A DNA stretch of 64,000 nucleotides, from positions 1,248,001 to 1,312,000 of the forward strand of contig CBDCNP010000002.1 in the NCBI GenBank assembly GCA_965219415.1, in the 5' to 3' direction. The first letter of the stretch is position 1, and each line of letters starts with the position of its first letter. The translations under genes and the position numbers were made by a program. Positions 57,958 to 64,000 of this stretch are shown here, piece by piece. The stretch is from Candidatus Marinacidobacterales bacterium. Its GTDB lineage: Bacteria; Acidobacteriota; Vicinamibacteria; Marinacidobacterales; DATDRI01. The notes below the pieces were generated by a model. That model saw only the letters and a list, made by a program, of their open reading frames with translations, made no database searches and had not been told where the DNA came from.

Positions 57958-59457
57958 CTAGCGCATCACAAACGGGTTCGGAATCTCGGTCGAAGTAGAG
58001 ATCCACACGCTCTTTACCTGCATGTACTCCTTGATCATTTCCTGGCCGTTCTCGCGCCCGAGACCGCTGCGCTTGTATCCGCCAAAGGGCGACATGTAGC
58101 TAATCGCGCGATAGGTGTTCACCCACACCGTACCGGCCTGCAAGCGTTCCGCCATTGTGATGGCCCGACGAATGCTCTCGGTCCACACCCCGGCGGCGAG
58201 ACCGAAGACGATGTCGTTACCGATAGCGAGTGCTTCGTCTTCGTCTTCGAACGGTATGACGGAAAGCACCGGACCGAACACTTCTTCCTGGGCGATGCGC
58301 ATCGAGTTTTTCACCCGCGCAAAGATCGTCGGCTCGACGAACCAGCCATCACCGCACTCCGGACGAGTCGCCTTGCCCCCACCAAGCAGGGTCTCCGCTC
58401 CCTCGGTTTTGGCGACGTCGATGTAGTCGAGCACTTTTTTGTACTGCGGCTGGTTGGTGACCGGTCCGACTTGAGTGTCCCGGCTCATCGGATCGCCCAT
58501 CTTCGCGGTCTTAGCGAACGCCACCAGCTTCTCGACAAACTCGTCGTGGATGCTTTGCTGTACCAGCAGCCTGGATCCGGCGATGCAAGTTTGCCCGGTG
58601 GCGGCGAAGATTCCGGAGATGACACCCTTCACTGCATTGTCCATGTGGGCGTCGTCGAACACGATATTGGGAGACTTGCCGCCAAGCTCAAGGCTCACAC
58701 GCTTGAGTCCGCGGGCCGCCGTTTCATAGATCAGCTGCCCGGTCTTGTCGGAACCGGTAAAGGCCACTTTGCGGACGAGTGGGTGCTCAACGAGTGGGGT
58801 GCCGACATCCGGCCCGAAACCGGTAACCACATTCACCACACCGGGGGGGAAACCCGCTTTTTCGAGCAGCTTCACAAACTCGAGTGTGGAGGCCGAGGTG
58901 TACTCGGACGGCTTGATCACGACAGTGTTGCCCGCCGCGAGAGCCGGCGCGAGCTTCCAGGCGGTGAGCAGTAGTGGCGAGTTCCAGGGAACGATCGCGC
59001 CTATCACACCGAGCGGCTCGTAGCGCGTATAGTTGAAGTTCCCGGGTTTGTCGATGGGTATGACCGCCCCTTCGATCTTGTCGGCGAGGCCGCCGTAGTA
59101 GTAATACCACTGAGGCACGTACTTGAGCTGCGCCCCCATCTCCGCGATCAGCTTGCCGTTGTCGCGCACCTCGATCTCCGCAAGCTCCTCGGCGTGTTCG
59201 GCGAGGACGTCCCCGAGTTTGCGCAACAGGGCACCGCGCTGGGTCCCGGTCAGCTTCGGCCACATGCCGGTTGTGAAGGCGCGGTGGGCGGCTTGCACGG
59301 CGCGGTCGACATCTCCGGTGTTGCCTCTTGGAATTAGCGCCCACGGACTACCGGTGTAGGGGTTGTCGCTCTCGAAGTACTCACCGGAAGCAGACTCTAC
59401 CCACTCTCCGTCGATGTATATTTTGTACTTCTCGAGCGATTGCGCTGCCGTTTTCAT
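57958..59457 (-). CDS. NAD(P)-dependent aldehyde dehydrogenase
   Basis: PWN, KPSE, FTGS, LELGGKSP, GQTC, EEVFGPV; GGAGG RBS before ATG at 59457. Confidence 0.95.
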   Translation of the reverse strand: MKTAAQSLEKYKIYIDGEWVESASGEYFESDNPYTGSPWALIPRGNTGDVDRAVQAAHRAFTTGMWPKLTGTQRGALLRKLGDVLAEHAEELAEIEVRDNGKLIAEMGAQLKYVPQWYYYYGGLADKIEGAVIPIDKPGNFNYTRYEPLGVIGAIVPWNSPLLLTAWKLAPALAAGNTVVIKPSEYTSASTLEFVKLLEKAGFPPGVVNVVTGFGPDVGTPLVEHPLVRKVAFTGSDKTGQLIYETAARGLKRVSLELGGKSPNIVFDDAHMDNAVKGVISGIFAATGQTCIAGSRLLVQQSIHDEFVEKLVAFAKTAKMGDPMSRDTQVGPVTNQPQYKKVLDYIDVAKTEGAETLLGGGKATRPECGDGWFVEPTIFARVKNSMRIAQEEVFGPVLSVIPFEDEDEALAIGNDIVFGLAAGVWTESIRRAITMAERLQAGTVWVNTYRAISYMSPFGGYKRSGLGRENGQEMIKEYMQVKSVWISTSTEIPNPFVMR

Positions 59458-59493
59458 ATGCCCCTCCATCAGAATTCGTAGACTCGACCGCCG

Positions 59494-60132
59494 TTACTCA
59501 TGTGCTTTCCCGCCAAGTATCGCTTCGCGGAAACGATTCTTTAGATACACACCATCTCGGGCCGGTAGCCCCGTTGGCGGTGATGTAGCTTTGACCTTGA
59601 TGGCCGCAAACGTCGGGCCTTCGCCGCGGTAAAGCGTGGGGACGAGGGCCTCGAGCTGGTCTTCATCGTACACCGTCGCGCTCCGCGCGAAACCCATCGC
59701 GCTAGCGATGCCCGCCAGATCAACGCCGAAGCGGGTATGTGAATCCTGCATGCCGGTCTCGCCGTAGCGCTCGTTGTCGATAACCACCAGCGCCAGGTTT
59801 CGCGGCCGTTGCACGGCGATCGTGGCGAGCCCGCCGAGCCCCATGAGCAACTCACCATCCCCGGTGATCACGAGGACGCGCCGCTGGGGTTGTGCTAGCG
59901 CAAGCCCAAGGCCGATCATGGTCGCGCCGCCCATGGCACCCCAGAGGTAGAAGTTATCGCGTCGGTCGCCGGCCGCCGCGGTGTCCCATGCGGTACTCCC
60001 CAGTCCTGCGATGAGCAAGGCTTCACCGCGATCCTCGAGCACCCGTGGCACCACCTCGAGGCGGTCCAGCGTAATCTCTTTGGCACGCGTCAAGTTTGGC
60101 AGGGCTGGCAAAGTCCGGCGTCGTACCGACAT
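59494..60132 (-). CDS. Sulfopyruvate/phosphonopyruvate decarboxylase beta subunit-like (ComE-like)
   Basis: GAMG, GLGLALAQP, GDGE...DN..YGETG.Q; start uncertain. Confidence 0.8.
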   Translation of the reverse strand: MSVRRRTLPALPNLTRAKEITLDRLEVVPRVLEDRGEALLIAGLGSTAWDTAAAGDRRDNFYLWGAMGGATMIGLGLALAQPQRRVLVITGDGELLMGLGGLATIAVQRPRNLALVVIDNERYGETGMQDSHTRFGVDLAGIASAMGFARSATVYDEDQLEALVPTLYRGEGPTFAAIKVKATSPPTGLPARDGVYLKNRFREAILGGKAHE

Positions 60133-60146
60133 CGACGAAGATTCCC

Positions 60147-60683
60147 CTACTTTTCCCACTTCTTGAACCCGGTGATTCGCTGCGCAACCAAGACCGCGGC
60201 CGCGCGGTTGTCGTGAAAAGCGGATCGCGCCGCAGCCTCGACGGCGGGAGCCAGCCGTTTGGCCACGGCCACGTGTTCAACGACTAACCCAACTTCCTGG
60301 AGTATAGGCCCGGCCGCTTGTCCCATCGGTACCTGCCAGGGGTTGAACTCGCCCGGCTCACCGCGCATGGTCACTAACATGAGTAAGGGAAAACGACACT
60401 CCCGGACCATCGCCAACATGTTGATGCAGTTACCAACGCCACTCGATTGCATCAGCAGTACGCCGCGCTCGCCACCGAGCCAGGCGCCGGCGAGCAAAGG
60501 AATACCTTCCTCTTCCGTGGTCAGGGGAATGGCTTTGATGCGCTCGTCGGAATGGCAAAGCGCGATCAAGCGGGCATGACCGGCATCCGGCACGTAGGCC
60601 GCCTGGCGAATCTCGACGTCCTGCAGCACCCCAAAGATCTCCTTCGGCCAGGTAGCTTGTTGTGCACCCGTGCTGTTTCCCAT
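60147..60683 (-). CDS. Sulfopyruvate/phosphonopyruvate decarboxylase alpha subunit-like (ComD-like)
   Basis: YVPD, TEEEG, AGAWLGG, MQSSGVGN, RG..GEFNPWQVPMG. Confidence 0.85.
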   Translation of the reverse strand: MGNSTGAQQATWPKEIFGVLQDVEIRQAAYVPDAGHARLIALCHSDERIKAIPLTTEEEGIPLLAGAWLGGERGVLLMQSSGVGNCINMLAMVRECRFPLLMLVTMRGEPGEFNPWQVPMGQAAGPILQEVGLVVEHVAVAKRLAPAVEAAARSAFHDNRAAAVLVAQRITGFKKWEK

Positions 60684-60856
60684 TATCTCGACCCAGTTAC
60701 GTTAGCGGCGGCTTTCACGCGCATAATGCTATCTGAAACTGTGCGCGGTGTCGCTCGTGGGACCCTGCACCCCGATGAGCCGGTGGAATCCACGAAGCGC
60801 GAGGCTCGTGAGCGGCCAGGTTGCCGCAGGCTGGGGCAGTGGCTACCATAGCCGGC

Positions 60857-61747
60857 ATGGCAACCCGGCTGCGGCGCTCACTCCTTTACACTCCCGGATC
60901 CTCCGAGGACAAGATCCGAAAAGCCGGTCGCCGAGGCGCCGATGTCCTGATCCTGGACCTCGAGGACGGGGTCCATCCCGACGCCAAGGATCACGCCCGC
61001 GAACAAGTCGCCCGACTCATTGCGGAGGTCGATTTCGGAGGGGCCGAGGTCTTCGTCCGGGCCAATTCGATGTCCTCCCCCTGGGGAGCCCAAGACATCG
61101 AGGCCATTGCGGGCATGCGGCCCGAGGGCGTGGTGCTTCCCAAGGTGAGCGATGATGATGAAGTGCTCTCGGTAGACAAAAGGCTAGGCAAGACGACTCC
61201 CCTGTTCTTGATGATCGAAACGGCGGCGGGCGTAATCAATGTCGTCTCGCTGGCACGGTGCTCACCGCGGGTCGCCGGCCTCATCTTTGGTGCCGCGGAC
61301 TACCGGGAGAGCCTGCGGGTGCAGCCGCACCCAGAGGAGCGCGAGCTTTTCTTTGCCCGGAGTCAGGTGGTCCACGCGGCTCGAGCCGCCGGCACCGCGG
61401 AGGTTTTAGCCTTCGACACGCCCTGCTTCGAGTACCTCGACCACGAGGCGCTCGACCGCAGCGCTCGCCGCGCCCGTCAGCTAGGCTTCGACGGCAAGAC
61501 GGCCGTCCATCCGGCTCAGGTCGCTGCCATCAATACGATCTTCTCGCCGTCACCTTCCGAGGTGGCCCGTGCCACCAAGGTAGCGGCGGCGATGGAAGAG
61601 GCCATGGAGCAGGGCCGCTCGGTGGCCAGCTTGGACGGGGAACTGATTGAAGCGCTCCATCTCAAAGGAGCAAGGCGAACTCTGGAACAGGCGAAGGCGC
61701 TGGGACTACTGCCGGAGCCTAGACCTGAAACAGGTAAGTCCATTTGA
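60857..61747 (+). CDS. CitE/HpcH-HpaI family CoA-ester lyase (citramalyl-CoA lyase-like)
   Basis: RRSLLYTPG, LDLEDGV, VR.N, LPKV, IET, FG..D, GFDGK..HP.Q. Confidence 0.9.
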   Translation: MATRLRRSLLYTPGSSEDKIRKAGRRGADVLILDLEDGVHPDAKDHAREQVARLIAEVDFGGAEVFVRANSMSSPWGAQDIEAIAGMRPEGVVLPKVSDDDEVLSVDKRLGKTTPLFLMIETAAGVINVVSLARCSPRVAGLIFGAADYRESLRVQPHPEERELFFARSQVVHAARAAGTAEVLAFDTPCFEYLDHEALDRSARRARQLGFDGKTAVHPAQVAAINTIFSPSPSEVARATKVAAAMEEAMEQGRSVASLDGELIEALHLKGARRTLEQAKALGLLPEPRPETGKSI

Positions 61748-63932
61748 CGGTGAGGCTCCTTTCGTTGAGAACCCAGATATCGCCCGGCTGGCTCGTCCGT
61801 TCGTTGAAGACAATATAGAAGTCACTCCCTGGACGGTACATGTATCGCAAGCGAATATTGACTCCGAATTCCCGGCGTACGCTGTTCCACTGGATCAGCG
61901 CTGCACCAAACAGGCGAGTGTTGAGGGCAACACTGCTGCGCAGAGCCGCCAGGTGGGTGCGGAGGTCTCCCGCCAAGAGCCGTATATCACTGGTCGAGTA
62001 CTCGAGATCAAAGAACAAATGCTGGTTGACCTTGAGCTTCGTGGCCGCACCGAGGTCTCGACGAGTGCCGTCGAAGAAGTCCCCGCCCGCCAGGTTTACC
62101 GCGGCCGAAACGTTGCGGTGTTGGGAAGACACGAAACGAGCGTTCCAATGGTCGAAACGGTACTCGCCCGGGGCGATCTCGAGCACCCCGGCGACCCGGA
62201 AAGGTTGTTCGAGGGCCTCGTAAGAGCGCAGCCAAGTGAAGGAGAGCTCATCGGCGCCTTCGAACTCGACCTCGACGCCGGTCGCCAGGTGACGGGTTTC
62301 CAGTAGCCCCCGGAGGTTCTCGACATAGTCCAGCGAGGAGCGGAAGTAGACCTTGCGCATGCCCAGCCGGCCGGGTCGCGGACTCACCTGCAGCCCGAGG
62401 TAACGCCGGTCCATGTCGTCTCTCTGGACGAAGCCCACCTCCGGACTAAAGGCATCGCCCACCTGCATCCAGTCCGTTTCCAAACCCAGCAAATCGCTCT
62501 CCAGAAGGAGGTGAGCGCGGTAGGAGGAAGAGCTCGTTCCAGGGGTGTCCTGATTGCTTCGGGCCCAGAACAGATCCACCTTGCTCCTGGTAAAGAAGGC
62601 AAAATTGGCGTCGAACCCGACCACCTGGTTGGCAGATGGAGTCACTGGGCTCGCCGGGCGGCGATCGGTCCAGAGTAGTCCCACGCCCGACCTCCGGAGA
62701 ACGTCTCGCTTGAGCCGCAAGACGGAGAACGACGTCGCAGGGTAGAGACCCGTGTCCTGGGTGCGCATCCCGAGAAATCCCAGGCTATAGTGCCCGAGCT
62801 TTCCGGTGAGACGGGCTCCGCCCCGGATAGGCACCGGGACGCCTCCCTCGAGTCCGATTCTCCGGCTGAAGAAGGGCAGGACACGGTAGCTCCCTCGTCT
62901 CAACCCAAAGTCGAAGATCCCTCGGCCTTCTTGAAAAAAATCGCGTTTCTCCGGGAAGAAGAGCCCGAAGCGAGTGAGGTTAATTTGCTGCTGGTCTACC
63001 TCGACGTCGGAGAAGTCTGTGTTGACGGTCAGATCGAGGGTCAGGTTGGGTGTGAACCCGTACTTGATGTCGATCCCCGGCTGGAAGGCGTCCCGGGTGG
63101 GTACGTCCTCGACCCGAGACTCGACCGCCGCCGCGGTCACGAAAGGTTTGAACTCAAGGTTGCGGCTTTCGGTGATGTCGTCCAGCCCCTCCAGCACCGC
63201 CGCCGAAGACAGCTTCCCGATTCCTTGAGACGGGTGGTTATACCCGGGCGGGATGAGGGTCGCGTGGACCCACTCGTTCTTATAGAGAATCGCCCGACGG
63301 AGGTTGATGCCCCACCCGCCTGCCTCACCGTCATAGCGAAGGCTCTTGAACGGAATCTCCACCTCCGCCGACCAGCCGTCCGGCCCCACTTGGGTCGCCA
63401 CGTCCCACACTGGGTCCCAGTATCGATTCCAATGGCGTCCTTCCTCGGTGCAGGCCCATTCGTTGCGGGTGCCGAGCGCGTTGATGAGGAACAGATAGCC
63501 GTTGCGGTGGTCGTGAAACGTGTCCAGCATGATGGAGAAGGTGTCATCCTGGGCATACATGCGAGCCTGATCGTAGCGAAGCTCGTTGGCAATCATCTTG
63601 TGAGGTTCGCTGTAAAACACCGTGACGCCGAAATAGAGCTTGTCGCGGGTGTAAACGATCCGGACTTCCGTTCTTTCGGTGGCCGGCTTCCCCTCGTCCG
63701 GCACTTGTTGAAGGAATTTGTCGAAGAGGGGAGCGTCTTTCCAGAGCGGCTCGTCCAGAATCCCGTCGAGTTTGGGAGCCTCGGAAACGGGGATTGCGCG
63801 CAGAACCGTTTCGTGCTCGGCCGCCACCGGCGCTTGAACGTGACGAGGGCCCGCCACAAGTACCTCTCGCCCAACCAAAAGGAGCGTGGCGAGGACGAAG
63901 AGAGATGCCACCAGCAGAGGGCGGTGGGCCAT
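61719..63932 (-). CDS. CBM9-like + DUF5916-like outer-membrane protein, copy 2
   Basis: Colinear with 49628..51841, with long near-identical protein and DNA stretches; signal peptide; ends KWTYLFQV. Confidence 0.85.
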   Translation of the reverse strand: MAHRPLLVASLFVLATLLLVGREVLVAGPRHVQAPVAAEHETVLRAIPVSEAPKLDGILDEPLWKDAPLFDKFLQQVPDEGKPATERTEVRIVYTRDKLYFGVTVFYSEPHKMIANELRYDQARMYAQDDTFSIMLDTFHDHRNGYLFLINALGTRNEWACTEEGRHWNRYWDPVWDVATQVGPDGWSAEVEIPFKSLRYDGEAGGWGINLRRAILYKNEWVHATLIPPGYNHPSQGIGKLSSAAVLEGLDDITESRNLEFKPFVTAAAVESRVEDVPTRDAFQPGIDIKYGFTPNLTLDLTVNTDFSDVEVDQQQINLTRFGLFFPEKRDFFQEGRGIFDFGLRRGSYRVLPFFSRRIGLEGGVPVPIRGGARLTGKLGHYSLGFLGMRTQDTGLYPATSFSVLRLKRDVLRRSGVGLLWTDRRPASPVTPSANQVVGFDANFAFFTRSKVDLFWARSNQDTPGTSSSSYRAHLLLESDLLGLETDWMQVGDAFSPEVGFVQRDDMDRRYLGLQVSPRPGRLGMRKVYFRSSLDYVENLRGLLETRHLATGVEVEFEGADELSFTWLRSYEALEQPFRVAGVLEIAPGEYRFDHWNARFVSSQHRNVSAAVNLAGGDFFDGTRRDLGAATKLKVNQHLFFDLEYSTSDIRLLAGDLRTHLAALRSSVALNTRLFGAALIQWNSVRREFGVNIRLRYMYRPGSDFYIVFNERTSQPGDIWVLNERSLTVKWTYLFQV

Positions 63933-64000
63933 CAGTTTCTACACCGTTTCAATTGTCCGCGTGAGCCAGACCTTCCTTCCCCTGTTCTTACGGCTCGGAT

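Noticed and set aside
59494-60683. Phosphonate or coenzyme M biosynthetic cluster
   Set aside because: No PEP mutase or ComABC genes in the window; the context is catabolic
19965-63932. Diversity-generating retroelement or cassette switching as the source of the paralogs
   Set aside because: No reverse transcriptase or recombinase, and I saw no template/variable repeat pair with adenine-specific differences; the copies are full-length diverged genes
1-64000. CRISPR array, tRNA, rRNA, IS transposase or integrase
   Set aside because: No regularly spaced repeats, recognisable RNA gene signatures or DDE/tyrosine/serine recombinase motifs were seen by eye

Overview
GC-rich bacterial window. The Ser/Thr kinase-TPR protein, the DUF5916-like proteins and the many exported hydrolases suggest Acidobacteriota (Vicinamibacteria-like); this is inference. 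Most of the window is repeated paralogous families of exported proteins: three ~1,400-aa proteins ending in an atypical M14 zinc-peptidase domain, three Ig-like + LVIVD beta-propeller proteins, two gamma-glutamyltransferase-fold enzymes that appear to have lost the glutamyl-binding residues, and two DUF5916-like outer-membrane proteins. Single S9, M42, PHP/CehA-like and esterase hydrolases sit among them. Catabolic genes include soxBDAG (sarcosine oxidase), an MFS transporter with a proline-racemase-family enzyme whose second catalytic Cys is Gly, an itaconate/methylsuccinate-type cluster (MmgE/PrpD, acyl-CoA dehydrogenase, CaiB, MaoC, CitE-like), and ComD/ComE-like decarboxylase subunits with an aldehyde dehydrogenase. 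Accessory elements are two damaged nucleotidyltransferase gene pairs and a solitary HNH gene with AT-rich flanking motifs. At least five genes are frameshifted, which may be assembly error or decay. I found no rRNA, tRNA, CRISPR array, transposase or integrase. Family calls come from motif recognition, not database searches. The best candidate for an undescribed system is the recurring giant-M14 / atypical-GGT / LVIVD / DUF5916 set of exported hydrolases.
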